Assembly (NCBI GenBank): GCA_043228905.1
Contig: JBHGNT010000008.1
Span: 21,576,001 to 21,640,000, forward strand
Direction of reading: 5' to 3'
From: Azolla caroliniana
Lineage: Eukaryota; Plantae; Polypodiophyta
DNA length: 64,000 nt
Under the pieces are notes generated by a model that saw nothing but the letters and a program-made list of their open reading frames with translations, did not search any database and had not been told where the DNA came from. Below are positions 49,317 through 62,410 of this stretch, one piece after another. A program made the translations under genes and the position numbers. Numbering within the stretch: position 1 is the first letter of the stretch; each line of letters opens with the position of its first letter.

Positions 49317-52300
49317 GAGAGATGATGATAACAAATGATATATTATAGGAAGAGTAAGTACAAGATGGCCATGAGGCTTAAGACTGGCGTTGAACCAATT
49401 TGGTTCAACATAATGCCTAGTGCCTTCTTTTATAGTGTTCTCAGGAGTAATCCTGAAGCTTCTAGAATGTTCCAGAGAAATCTGGAATATACATTAACTT
49501 CCTATAATAAAACTTAAATGAGAAAAATATCCTACATATTACAATAGATGGTATAATGGTCAAGAGCTCGACCCATATAACATGAGGTCATGGGTTCGAG
49601 TCTTGCCATATCATGACACTATCTCCCCCTTAAGACGACGAGTGGAACGAGTCGGTGCTGATTGCGGACCGGGTTTGTTTGGATACTTTCGGTGGAACTC
49701 AGCAAGAAGATCCTAAGCATTGGCGACATGCTCGACGGGTTCCCAAGTACGTTCGCTCGGACTATAGCCGAGCCAATCGACCAAATAATAAAGTTTGGAA
49801 TCAAGCGGGGGCGGCGGTGGTGTAACACAATCGGGAATAGCGTTTGCTTTATAAGGTTCAAGAAGAGAGCTATGGAAAACCGGATGTATCTGAAGATGCG
49901 GAGGGAGATCAAGGCGGAACGTGACGTCATTAACCTTACTAGTAATACAGAAAGGACCGAGTCGTCGATAATCCAACTTGTCTTAATGTGACGATGTAAG
50001 AGCTATACTTGATCTCCAATGGCAAAAGAGGAGGGAAGCCGATGACGATCTGCATAAGTCTTCTGTGTGTGTTGAGCATGACGAAGATGAGTAGAGAGAT
50101 CCATTTGGATCTTGCGTAGCGTCTCCAAATGATCCTCGGCATGAGGATTGGTAGGTACCTCCGGGGTGTCGATTACCAACCAACGAGGATGAGAACCGGT
50201 ATAAGTGTAAAATGGGGAGACCTGAGTCGAGGAGTGAACCACATTATTATATGCAAACTCCGCAAAGTGGAGAATCTCGGCCCAATCGTCCTGTTGATAA
50301 CTCAAAAAACACCGGAGATATTGTTCCAACGTTTGGTTTGTTCATTCCACCTGCCCATCGGTATGGGGATGGTAGCCGGAGGAGAGGTTGCAAGAGACCT
50401 TGAGCATCTTGAAGAGATGCTGCCAAAATTTGGAGACGAATTGAGGTCCTCGGTCACTGATGATACTGTCTGGGAGGCCATGATGCCGAAATACCTCACG
50501 CATGACAAGGGCGACGGTTTCCTCGCTAGTGATGGCCTTAGTACACGGCACAAAATGTGCCATCTTGGTATATCGATCGACGATGGTCAAGATAGCATCG
50601 AACCCCTTCGAGACCGGCAGATCTATGATAAAATCAAGACAAATAGACTGCCACGGCTTACTTGGAATCGGTAAGGGTTCCAACAAGACATATGGATGGT
50701 GTCGGGGCATCTTTGCTCGGCAACAAGCATCACAAGTCCGAATGTAGTCGTCGACAAAACATTGCATATGAGGCCACCAAAAAGATCGTTGAATGAGATC
50801 CAACATCTTAGTACTACCGAAATGTCCCGCCGTATGGGTGTCGTGACAATTTTGGACGATTTGAAGGTGATAGGAGCAATCGGGGACATATACAAGCTTT
50901 TTAAAGAATAACAAACCATCATGATATTTGAATTGTCGGTAGTCCATACCTAGTTGTTGAGATTGGTAACATGATGCCTGAGAGGTATCAATGTGCGCCA
51001 GAATGTCTTGAGCAAAACTGTCTGTCTTCAAGTTCGTACGTATGGCATCGGTAATCCAGGAATCCATTGGGGTGTGAAAAATCCGCATTGTGTGCAATCG
51101 TGTTGGTCCAAAGATTACTTGCTTTTGATTATCAAACGCTGGATCACCAGGACGAGGTGCAAGATACGAACGCCGTGATAGCGAATCTGCTTTTCCTTGC
51201 TGCTTCCCTAATCGATATGTGATTTTGAAGTCGAAATGTGTGAGGAATTGAACCCATCGATCTTGCCATCGATTTAGCACCCGAGCGTTCTGGAAATAAG
51301 CAAGATTTTTGTGATCACTAAAGACGATGACCTGATGTGGAGAGCCCTCTAAGAAATGCTGCCATTGCACAAGGGAATCCACGATGGCTAATAACTCTTT
51401 GTCATGTATTTCGTAGTTGATTTCTGCGGCATCGAATTTGCGCGAATGAAAAGCCACAAGATGTGACTCTTCTTTATCTCCTTGTTGAGAAAGGATGCTA
51501 CCGAGGGCGAAATCTGATGCGTCGGCCTCCATGATGAATGGTTTGTTTGTATCCACATGAGGTAGAATAGGAGCTGATGTAAAGGATTTCTTAAGATGCC
51601 GAAAAGCCATGTCCGCTTCATTGGATCAAAGAAATGCTTGTCCCTTCTTCGTAAGTTGTGTGAGGTAAAATAATCTTCGAGTAATCCTGTATAAACTTGC
51701 GGTGAAAGTTAGCAAAATCTAGAAAACATTGTACATCTCGTACCGACTGTGGAATTTGCCACTCTAGCACAGTTTGGACTTTAGCTGGATCCATGGAGAT
51801 GCCCTTTCAAGAGATGACGTAGCCTAGAAATTCCACTTGCTTGCAGTCAAAGCTACATTTTTCGAGCTTGGCATAAGGACCATTCTTGCGGAGTGGTTTT
51901 AGTACTAATAGTACATGAGAATCGTGCTCTTCCTGGGTCTTCGAATAAATCAATAGATCATCCAGATAGATTATCAAACAGATATCCAAGAGGTCTCTGA
52001 ATATATCATTTGCCATGTGTTGGAAGATTGCGGGTGCATTGGTTAGACCGAACGGCATAACAGTATATTCGAAATGCCCATACTGCGTGCGAAAGGTGAT
52101 CTTCCATTCATTTCCCAGTCGGATTCGGACGAGGTTATATGCTCCTCGTAGATCGATTTTTGTAAAAAACTTGGCACCATTAACTCGCTCTAAAAGACTT
52201 GATATAAGAGGAAGTGCATACCTATTCTGGATGGTGACTTTATTCAAGCCGGGTAATCAACAATGAGACGAAGTGAGCCATCTTTCTTCTTGACTAACCA

Positions 52301-52619
52301 TCAATGACTACTACAGATGCGGGGCAAGGAAGTTTTCTTAAGAATATCTGAGAAGCTTGGGCAAAATTTCGATCCATGAAACAAGAATTAGCTCTGGAAT
52401 CTAGAAGTGGTAGGATGTGTATTGGGGGAGTACTTTTTGTACTAACCATGACTTGGGCTAGGAACACATTACAAACTTGCTTGGAGGGAATGGAACCACT
52501 AATGGGTTGTATAGATCTAGGGCTGTCCAACCAAATGGCTCCTATTTTGGTTGGACTCAATCGTTTAACTCTTCATCTAATTGACTAAGGATTTCAAATC
52601 TGTTTGAGATACTTGGGCT

Positions 52620-52716
52620 ATTAGTACTATTAATACTATCAGACACTCTATTTAATAGTACTATTAATACTATCAGACACTCTATTTAATAGTACTATTA
52701 ATACTATCAGACACTC
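52620..52716. repeat. 34-bp tandem repeat, ~3 copies
   Basis: tagtactattaatactatcagacactc occurs three times. Confidence 0.8.
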
Positions 52717-53582
52717 CCAAGGGAAGAATTGACTCAGGTTTAGTACATGCGACGATTTGATTTACCTGTCTTCTTGGCCTATGGGGACAATTGATTGCGA
52801 TATGCCCTGGTCCACCGCAATAAAGACATAATCGATTTGCACGTTGTTGTGAGGAAAACCGTCCCCAGGCGCAAACCGTGTGTAGCATGTGTGAACCGGC
52901 CCTTACACGTGGGCACGGCCCCTGTTGTATAGTAGATAGGTAGGCACAAAAGTCAAATCCTAGGTAGCAATATTCTATAGGGAGAATCGAGGAGTATCTC
53001 TGTCCGAAAGGACAGAGAATTAATGTGATGTATACGGGTGAAAACGGTCTCCCTCCTTGAGATATAAAAGAGAGGGAGACAGGGGGGGGGGGGAAAGGGA
53101 TCATCGTGCGCTAGAGGGGATGAAGTGCTGTCGGACTAGGACCGAGCTCTTCTCCTCCATCGTTCTCCATAGCTTTCTTTGCGCAAGTTCTCGAGAGGCT
53201 GATTCTGCTCCGTGGAACGCCCGTGTGGTTCCGGCAGAATCTCCATCTTGCTCCCCTGTGTGCGTGGGTGATCAAGCGTCAGCACCCGTCTCGCCGACCT
53301 GATCGGCTGTAACCGTTCGAGTCATCTGCATACATATATTTATATACACGTTCTTATACTCTATCTCCTGCCCAACTTGTGTCTCTTGTGTTGTTGGGCT
53401 GCGTTCCCGCGCGCTTCTTTGTCTATCCGTGTGTGAGCGCGTCTCTCTCTCTCTCTCCTTTCGCTTCCTCACCTATTCCTCGGTCCAAGACCCCAGTGGT
53501 CCCGCCTTGTTCTCCACGCACGCGCGTAGCAACGTGACATATTTGGTGAACCCGACGTGAACAGGCGGTAGAGGAGTAGAAG

Positions 53583-55547
53583 ATGAGGGGGGCGGATCTC
53601 GCAGAAGCCATGGCTTCGGCTGTGGACCGTATAGTGAGCGCGCACGAAGGCACCGGCGCCCTTGATAGGGCTATCGAGGCGGTTGTCAGTACGATCGACC
53701 GGTTTAGTGGGAAGGATGCCACGAGCTACTTGGCGTCCTACCGGGCTGAGATGGTAATGAGGGACATTCCGGAAGAGAGGCCTGTAGCCGGATTCCCTCG
53801 AGTGGCAATGCCGGGCATCCATACGGAGGTACTCGAGGTACGGGCCGAGAGCCGGACCTGGGAGGAGTTCGAAGGTTGGCTCCTCGAAAAATACGGGCTT
53901 GAAGATGCGCTTCGACTTTCGAAGCGGGACTTCATGGAGTGGGTGGAGACCCCCGACAAAGGAAGGAACGCGTCGGTGCTCCTCTGGGAGTTTGAGGAAC
54001 GCTTCGCGCGCCTCTCGGTGCTTGACCGGACCGTTCTGGACACAAGCCGTGTCCTATTGTTTGTTAAGTCGGTTGACGAGCGGGATCGGGAGCAGGTAGG
54101 CCTCCTATTGGAGACTGATGATGGGCTGATAGCCGACTGGGCCGTGGTGAAAAGGGTCTGTGGCCGTTTCAACAAACGGCGGGAATGGGTTGACAAAGGA
54201 TCGACAGGGGCGGGCTCTGTCGCAACAAGGAAGCTCGAGCCAACACCACCAACGCGAAGGGAAGAGACCCGAGATTGGCTCGAGACCGGATCGGCTTCGA
54301 CTGGCATGGTCAAAGGCTCGTTCGGGGGAGCAGCTCTAGAGGAACTGACGCGGATGGCAAAGGATCTCCAGATCGCCCAGGCACGGAGGGACGGTAGTGA
54401 ACAGGGCCGTGACCGACGACCTCTGGCTGGCAACAGGTGCATGTGGTGTGACGCGGTTGGCCACATCCGGAAGGACTGCGGGGACTTCGCCAAGGCAATG
54501 AGAAGCAACGTGGTGTACCTGTGGAACGGTCGGGTGCACGCCAGCGAAACCCAAAGGCCCCTGGACCTGAATGTCGGGCTAGGGGTTATGAAAAGGCTGA
54601 TGGAGGAGGCGGCGGCTCGTCACGCGGAGACCGTCCACTACTCAGCGTCGGCTGGTATTTGGGTCGGAGGTGGCGAGGCCCCGAAGACGAACAAAGCCGG
54701 GTTTTGGCCGATGATGCTAGAAGGCCTCGCCGGCGCACGACTAAGGAAAGAAGAGGTGAACCACGCGGAAAAACGGGTCCGGGAGGTAACCGGGTGGAGT
54801 GACCCGGTGGAAGAAAAGACGGGCTTCGTCGAAGCCGCTTGTCAAAACTACGAGGCTCTGGTGGAGGACAAGCGGGTAGGGAAACCCGGGGGGGCCGGGC
54901 CCTCGCAACGATATGAAACTCGATTTGGGCAAAGGCGGAATGAGGCCGGTGTAACCGGCGCCCAGGATAATCCCAAGAGGGGCGGGTACCGGCTGGGCAC
55001 AGAAATCGAAAGATCCACGGACCTGCGAAAGGTCCTGGAAGAACGTATCCTCGACAGCAAGGTGGAACTGTCGCTGAGGGAAGTGCTCGGGATCGCCAAG
55101 AAGGAGTTCCACGACTCCATCGTAGACTTGGTGAAGAGGAAGAGGCTGTCGACGGAGACAGAACCGGAGAAGCCGGTGGAGGTGCGGATGATGCACATAG
55201 AGGACATGGCGCTGGAAGATGAGTTGGCGGAGAGCCACTATTCGAGGCCGCACTGGGCCAGAGCAACCACGGAGACCCCCGTGAAGATCGGAGATGTTCA
55301 TGAACTGGTGGTGGCGTTGGTGGACCACGGTTCAGAAATCAATTTAATGTCCATGGACTTCTACAAGAAGGGGAAATGGCCGATCAACACCAAGCACGGG
55401 TGGAAAATACGGGCAGCGATGCGTGCCACCGAAGAACTGCATGGAGCCTGCCCGAATGTACGAGTAAAGATCGACGATGTCGAGATTGACCAACACTTCT
55501 TTGTGCAGGAGACGTCCTCACATCCGGTTATACTAGGAGAACCGTAG
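53583..55547 (+). CDS. Gag-protease of gypsy F (premature TAG; the frame continues to ~55710)
   Basis: CMWCDAVGHIRKDC zinc knuckle; ALVDHGSEINL protease motif. Confidence 0.88.
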   Translation: MRGADLAEAMASAVDRIVSAHEGTGALDRAIEAVVSTIDRFSGKDATSYLASYRAEMVMRDIPEERPVAGFPRVAMPGIHTEVLEVRAESRTWEEFEGWLLEKYGLEDALRLSKRDFMEWVETPDKGRNASVLLWEFEERFARLSVLDRTVLDTSRVLLFVKSVDERDREQVGLLLETDDGLIADWAVVKRVCGRFNKRREWVDKGSTGAGSVATRKLEPTPPTRREETRDWLETGSASTGMVKGSFGGAALEELTRMAKDLQIAQARRDGSEQGRDRRPLAGNRCMWCDAVGHIRKDCGDFAKAMRSNVVYLWNGRVHASETQRPLDLNVGLGVMKRLMEEAAARHAETVHYSASAGIWVGGGEAPKTNKAGFWPMMLEGLAGARLRKEEVNHAEKRVREVTGWSDPVEEKTGFVEAACQNYEALVEDKRVGKPGGAGPSQRYETRFGQRRNEAGVTGAQDNPKRGGYRLGTEIERSTDLRKVLEERILDSKVELSLREVLGIAKKEFHDSIVDLVKRKRLSTETEPEKPVEVRMMHIEDMALEDELAESHYSRPHWARATTETPVKIGDVHELVVALVDHGSEINLMSMDFYKKGKWPINTKHGWKIRAAMRATEELHGACPNVRVKIDDVEIDQHFFVQETSSHPVILGEP

Positions 55548-55809
55548 ATCACGGCAGCACGGATGGAGACCAAGGTGCTGGACAACGGCTCGGCCTATGC
55601 AAGGGTCAAGAACCAGGATGGGCGCCACTCGGTCCAGTTCCTGACGGTGAGACCGAACCATGAGTGGAACCGCGAGACCCTCGGGGGCAAAAGCCGAAAG
55701 GAATTTTAGAGAGGGCTATCAAGGCATGGGGTTGCGATAGTCCGGACACTCCGGGAAAACCCCACAAGTGTACGATAGCGAAGAAGACCTGTACTATAAG
55801 TAGAAAATT

Positions 55810-58800
55810 TTGGTTCTCCGACAGTGGAGGTTGTACTATAACCAGCGTCAGCGGCAAGGAGAGGAAGCGAGCGGAGGTTGTACTATAACCAGCGTCAGCG
55901 GCAGGGAGAGGAAGCGAGCGGAGGAGCGGCTCAGGGGATGCAAAGTCCTCTTCCCCGACGAGGGCATCAACGGAGCCGTGGAGGCGGTCTCTTTCGACGA
56001 TACCTTGGGAGAGCTACGAAAGGTAGTCGGAGGAGTCCTTAAAGAGGACCGGACGATTCCGGTATGTTCGGAAAGGATGTACGAAGTCATCGCGGACTTC
56101 AGTAGAGGGCTCGAGTCGGATCAGACGACCCGGGTGGACACGAAGTACAAGACGGTGGACCAGAAGGTGAGGCCAGTCGCGGCACCCTTGTTGGAGGGCA
56201 GCAAGGGGCGGATAAAAGGGGTTGCGTCGGACCCAAGTTTATGGAATCCGGCGGGCATAGGCCACCGGTTCACCGACATAATGATACGGGAGCTCAAGGT
56301 CGGTGGGGGCGGCTTCCTACTGTCGGCGGAGGAGGACCGGTTTTGGAGAATGCTCGGGAGGCACGGGAAGGCTTTCGCATTCTCACCGGAGGAGATCGGG
56401 TGCGTAGACCCGACAGTTGTCGAACCGATGGTGATCTTCACGGTACCGCATGTGCTGTGGAATCTCAAGCCGATTCCGGTGCCAAGAGCTCACATCCCGA
56501 AGTTGATGGAGCTCCTAAAGCAAAAGGTGGAGGTGGGCATCCTCGAACCGTCGAGTGCCCCATACTCGAATCGGTGGTTTACCGTGCCAAAGAAGGACGG
56601 CACGCTGCGCTTTATTCAAGACCTGCAGCCGGTCAACAAGGTGACCATTCGAAACGCAGGAATCGGACCGACAATAGACGAGTTCGTGGAGGCCTTCGCC
56701 GAAAGGTCGATTTACTCGGTCGGTGATCTCTACTCGGGGTACGATCAGTGCCAGCTAGCCATAGAGAGCAGAGACATCACGACAATGCGAACTCCTCTCG
56801 GCCTTGTACGGATGTGTACCCTACCACAAGGGGGGACGAACTTGGTAGCTCACATGGTGAACGCAATGAACAAGGTGCTGAGGGATTGTATTCCAGACAT
56901 CACCATGCCGTTTTTGGACGACTTCCCAATCAAGGGATGCCCGGTGGAGGAAAAGGACGAGACGACCGGACCGGACAAGTGCCAGAAATTCGTGGCGACG
57001 CACATCGATGACTGCGAGAAGGTGCTGCAGAGGTTAGAGGGCGCAAGGCTCACCTTCTCCGGGGGAAAATCGGCCTTCGGGCAATCAGAGATCATGGTCG
57101 TCGGACACCTATGCGGGTCGTACGACCGGAAACTGTCTCCGGCTAAGGTAGAAGGCATCTCCGCGATGAAGCACGATTGTAGGTCGGTCACGGAGGTTCG
57201 GAGGTTCTTGGGAGCATGCGTGTTCTACCACATATGGATCCCGCATTACGCCCACGTCACGGAGACGTTATACGTGTTGCTGAAAAAAGGGCGAAAATTC
57301 GAGTGGAGAGATGAGCATAGGGAGTCTATCCGAAAGATGAAGGAAACACTTGCCGCAGCTCCGACGCTCCGGAAGGCTGTCTACGGAAAGGACACTCCAA
57401 TTTACGTAACGGTAGACACGAGTCCGACCGGGATCGGATGGGTCGTCAACCAAGAGGACGAGGACGGCATGTGTTTCCCGATCCGGTTCGGCGCGAAGGT
57501 CCTCAGCGAGCGACAACGAGGATACGCCTAGGTTAAACGCGAGCTGTGGGGTATCGTTTCGGCGGTAAAGGACGATAAAGACTACCTAATCGGGATAGAG
57601 GTAATTATCGAGACGGACTGCCTGCCAATTCTTGGCATGGTTTCCGGATGCGCGACGCCGGACCTGGCAATGCTCAGGTGGATAGCGTACATCAAGTCCC
57701 TGAATCCGGAAATACGACACATTTCTGGAAAAGACAATGCCATGGCCGACATGCTTTCAAGGGCGAGGTTCGAAAACGAGGGCGGCATGGTTTCGGAGGA
57801 CGAGGAAGTCGACGTGGACTTCTTCGAGGCGGCTTACGTAACAACCGGCAGGGAATGCTCTCCAACGCTTAACGATTTCGACGAGAGCAAGTACAACGGG
57901 GAGTGGCTGCAGATCGGCGGGTTCTTGAAAACAATGACACCGGACGCGGCATGGACAAGGGATGAGGCCAACCGGATTCAGAAGAAAGCATACCGATTCT
58001 TCCTCCGGGACGGGTACATATGGAAGCACCTAAAGAAGAAGAACGACATCCCGCTCTGAGTGGTGGCGAAGAAGGAGGAACAAGAGGATTTGCTTGCGGC
58101 GTACCACGATATTCCTTGGGCTGGACACCGTGGAACGTGGGCCACGTTCGAAAAGCTAAAGGGGAAGTATTGGTGGACGGGACTATACCGGGACATGCAT
58201 CGGTTCGTGACGACTTACGAAAGCTGTTAGGTGCACTTCATGATCCGACACCGGGACGAGCTTCACCCGACCTACCCTCCGACCGTCCACTTCAAGTGGA
58301 TGGTGGATTTGGTGACGATGCCAATGGGGGTAGGACAGATGCGGTATCTGGTGCTGGCTCGGGAGGATCTAACAAACCAGGTTGAAGGCCGAGCCCTACA
58401 GAACAAGACGACTGCAGCCGTGTGCCGGTTTTTGATTGAGGACGTGGTATGTCGATACGGGTGCGTAGGGAAGATCGTGGCTGAGCGTGGTGAGTTGGAC
58501 GCAGAAGAGGCCGAAGAGTTGTTCAACCGGCTAGGAGTCAAACTTTCGCTGACCACAGCGTACAATCCGGAGGCGAACGGGAAGGTGGAGCACGAACACG
58601 GGCCAATTGTCAAAGTGCTAGTACGGGCGTGCGGAGGCCAAGTCGGGAACTGGCCACGACTGCTACCTTATGCCTTGTGGGCGGACCGGGCTACGCACAG
58701 TTCGGTAACCGGGTTCATGCTGGCTGAGCTTATGTTCGGACAGAAGCCGATCATGCCAACAGAGCGAACGATCTCCTCGTGGGCCACGGTGGACTGGATG

Positions 58801-59241
58801 GATGAGATGAGCCGGGAGGAACTGTTGGCGGCTCGGATTCGACAGCTCGAGTGGAGGCCGGAGGACGTAGAGCGAGCCGCGGAGAAACTTCGGGTAGCGA
58901 GGATAAGGAACAAAGCCCGGTTCGACCGAACACACCGGCTCCGGCCAAGAAAGATCGAGGAAGGCAACTGGGTGCTAGTCTACGACAACAGCCTCGACAA
59001 TCAGCACAGGGCCACGCGGAAGTTTGTGAGGAGGTGGTTCGGGCCTTACGTAGTAACAGGCGCCAACGACAATGGGACGTACCATCTCGCGGAGCTCGAC
59101 GGTACGAGAATGGCGATACCGGTAGCGGGGAAGAGGATGAAAGCGTTCAAGAAACGACACGACAATGAGCCGGAGCTAGGGGGCATGGACAGGAACGACG
59201 AGCAGCCCGAGGCGGAGGACGAACCGGTAAACGAGGAATAA
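55810..59241 (+). pseudogene. Pol (RT, RNaseH, integrase) of gypsy F, with several in-frame stops
   Basis: DLYSGYDQ, LPQG, PFLDD, TVDTSPTG, IETDC, GKDNAMADMLSR, YNPEANGKVE, WFGPYVV. Confidence 0.9.
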
Positions 59242-60139
59242 AAGCAAGGATCGGTTTTCTCCAGTAGGAACCCAATTTTGGCGCATACCGGTGGATGCGC
59301 GGTTAGGTGGGGGCGGATGTCGTGCGGAAAACCGTCCCCAGGCGCAAACCGTGTGTAGCGTGTGTGAACCGGCCCTTACACGTGGGCATGCCCCCTGTTG
59401 TATAGTAGATAGGTAGGCACAAAAGTCAAATCCTAGGTAGCAATATTCTATAGGGAGAATCGAGGAGTATCTCTGTCCGAAAGGACAGAGAATTAATGTG
59501 ATGTATACGGGTGAAAACGGTCTCCCTCCTTGAGATATAAAAGAGAGGGAGAGGGAGACGGGGGGGGGGGGGGGGGGAAGGGATCATCGTGCGCTAGAGG
59601 GGACGAAGTGCTGTTGGACTGGGACCGAGCTCTTCTCCTCCGTTGTTCTCCATAGCTTTCTTTGCGCAGGTTCTCAAGAGGCTGATTCTGCTCCGTGGAA
59701 CGCCCGTGTGCTTCCGGCAGAATCTCCATCTTGCTCCCCTGTGTGCGTGGGTGATCAAGCTTCGGCACCCGTCTCGCCGACCTGATCGGCTGTAACCGTT
59801 CGAGTCATCTGCATACATATATTTATATACGCGTTCTTATACTCTATCTCCTGCCCAACTTGTGTCTCTTGTGTTGTTGGGTTGCGTTCCCACGCGCTTC
59901 TTTGTCTATCCGTGTGTGAGCGTGTCTCTCTCTCTCTCTCCTTTCGCTTCCTCACCTATTCCTCGGTCCAATACCCCAGTGGTCCCCCCTTGTTCTCCAT
60001 GCACGCGCGTAGCAACGTGACATATTTGGTGAACCCGACGTGAACAGGCGGGAGAGAATTAGTACTAGAAAAGGGAAGTACTATTAGTACTAAGAGGACG
60101 AGATTGCGTAAGACTCCCGAGAGAGAGAAAAGAGAAGAG

Positions 60140-60171
<32 letters not shown>

Positions 60172-61950
60172 TAGTGAGGACGAGAGATGATGATAACAGA
60201 TGATATATTATAGGAAGAGTAAGTACAAGATGGCTATGAGGCTTAAGACTGGCGTTGAACCAATTTGGTGCAACATAATGCCTAGTGCCTTCTTTTATAG
60301 TGTTCTTCGGAGTAATCCTGAAGTTTCTAGAATGTTCCAAAGAAATCTGGAATATACATTAATTTCCTATAATAAAACTTAAATGAAAATAATATCTTAT
60401 GTATTACAATAGATGGTATAATGGTCAAGAGCTCGACCCATATAACATAAGGTCATGGGTTCGAGTTTTGCCATATCATGACACCCATTGGCTTCTAAAT
60501 TATATTTTGTTGTTAGAGAAATCTTACCACATAATCATTGCAAAATGTTGTCGAGCCTCATGTGCATCCATCTCTCCCTCTGTCTGCTACTGCTCTAACA
60601 TATGGCCTTTTCTAATATTAATTTGCAAACCAATCTCTTTGTTGTACTCTTAAGGGCTCTTCCTTCTACCTAATTTTTGAGATCTTCCCTCTCCAAAACC
60701 AAGTACTTTGTTTGTCATATTCCCATAGGTATAATCACAATATCAACCAACCAATTGTAGTGCATTGCCAGTGGGTAGATTGGTTGTAGCCCATCTCTAT
60801 ATCTCACATTTAAGTGTAATTGAGAAGTGTCTTTAGAAATCGTGACACAACTTTGTACACTTTTAGCCACCATAATTCGTCTTTAAGTTTTGGACATGTT
60901 GTCCATGTGCCTCAATGTCCTACCAATCAGGCGTTGTGAACCTTTGTCAATAACTCGATATTCCTTCTTGCACACCACCAACGGTTAACGGTCATATCAC
61001 CTTTTGTCGTTGTAACTAGTAGCCCACCAACAAACCCTCATGAGTCTTTGTTCCCTTTTGTTTTGTATGTCAACAAAACGTGGTTTTCTTTCTCAAAAAC
61101 TCAAATGCCAACCATGAGATGTCTTGCTCATTTTATAACATTTTATAGCACTTTATAGCTTCTCCCATGGACATGGACAAAAATAGTATTTTTTTTTGTT
61201 AGCATGCATCTATCCTTATCCTAATAAGGGCACACTATGCTAGCCAAAATCATCATTATCATTCATACTCACTTCATTATCGACATCTTTGCACCATAAC
61301 TAGCCTTCCCTTTCATCACCCCTATCATCAACGTTCGAACACTTGACCTTAACATTCAAATAGTTAATTCTTCCCATTTAAGCTAGTTTTTATTGCTAGT
61401 AAACCTTGCCACTATAAACCTTAGCCTTTATCAACTTTTCTCCCCTTGCACATGCTACATCACAATAGCGGAGATGAAAAGGGAGAGGGAAGGGGATATG
61501 CAAAGGTTGTCAAGAGTGAGGAGAGGGTGTTGAACATTGTTGTAAACACACGTATGTGTGCTACTCGAGCAAGACCACGGGGGTCTTGGACCAGGGAAGA
61601 AACAAAGACTAGGAATGTGTAGAGGTTAGTTGACTCGAAAGCTCCCGAGACTTCAAGGCTCGCTAGAATCGAAGGCTCCTTAGAGTCAAAGGCTCACTAG
61701 ATACGAAGGCTCTTTGGACTCGAAGGCTCCTCAGAGTCAGTCAAGTTTCCGATGAAGGTTCAAGTCAAGTGGACCGCGGATACTACGGTTACCTTCAACA
61801 ACCACAATACCTCAAATCAGAGTAGTGTTCTTGGGCCACTTCCTCATCCCTTTAAATGATCGGTGTGCCAGTTTCCCTAAACCCTTCATTCAATCCACGA
61901 ACACGCAAAGCTACTTTCTAGAGAATCGGTCTCAATGTATGCTTAATACT

Positions 61951-62410
61951 CAACAATGGTTCGGTTTGAATTGAACTAAACCACAAAACTGTGGCTTAAT
62001 GGTTTAAATGGTTTGGTTTGGTTTGTTTTAGGTTCAAGTTTGTTTTAACAATTCGGTTTCAATGGTTAGAAACCGCGATTTAAATGGTTTAAATTTTTAT
62101 TAATTTTTCATTAAATTTTTTTTTTAAAATTTAAAGATATTATAAAATTTTTTTTAAACAATCTTTTCGTTTTTTAGCCTAACTCTCACATTTTAAGAAA
62201 ATCTTTCAATTTTTCAATTTGAATTTTGACCTAAGTTGAAAAACCGAAACCGAACCATGAAACCGCGGATTTAATAGTTTATGGTTTAATGGTTTGGATT
62301 TTCTTTTAATGGTTCGGTTTAAATGGTTTCATGGTTTGATTCAAATTTCAAAAAATTTAAACGGTTTTGTTTTGACACTCTTAAATCGAACCAAACTATT
62401 GTCGATTGTT
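61951..62410. mobile_element. MITE-like AT-rich non-coding element with imperfect inverted ends
   Basis: caatggttcggtttg at the left versus cgaaccaaactattg at the right; internal aaaccgaacc/ggttcggttt motifs; no TSD confirmed. Confidence 0.45.

Larger units (their letters stand above)
52845..60022 (+). mobile_element. Full-length non-chromovirus gypsy F, tRNA-Trp primed; LTRs 52845-53539 and 59318-60022; mildly degenerate
   Basis: LTR pair; PBS TGGTGAACCCGACGTGA at 53544-60; PPT ttaggtgggggcgga; gag-PR, RT, RH, IN in gypsy order; no chromodomain seen. Confidence 0.92.
49173..60483 (-). mobile_element. Ty3/gypsy chromovirus E (Tcn1-like); LTRs 49173-49618 and ~60051-60483 (truncated); TSD CCCAT
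   Basis: LTR pair; TSD at 49168-72 and 60484-88; CCHC CLYCGGPGHIAINC, PR LLDSRA, RT YLDD 51807-52247, RH-IN 50342-51610, chromodomain 49713-49976; most of gag and the PBS are deleted. Confidence 0.9.
48600..61100 (-). pseudogene. Old decayed gypsy integrase, split by chromovirus E (pieces 48600-49172 and 60484-~61100)
   Basis: Joining across the CCCAT TSD reads YNLEANGKVEHKHNPIVKV, matching YNPEANGKVEHEHGPIVKV at 58231-59241; outer limits approximate. Confidence 0.7.
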
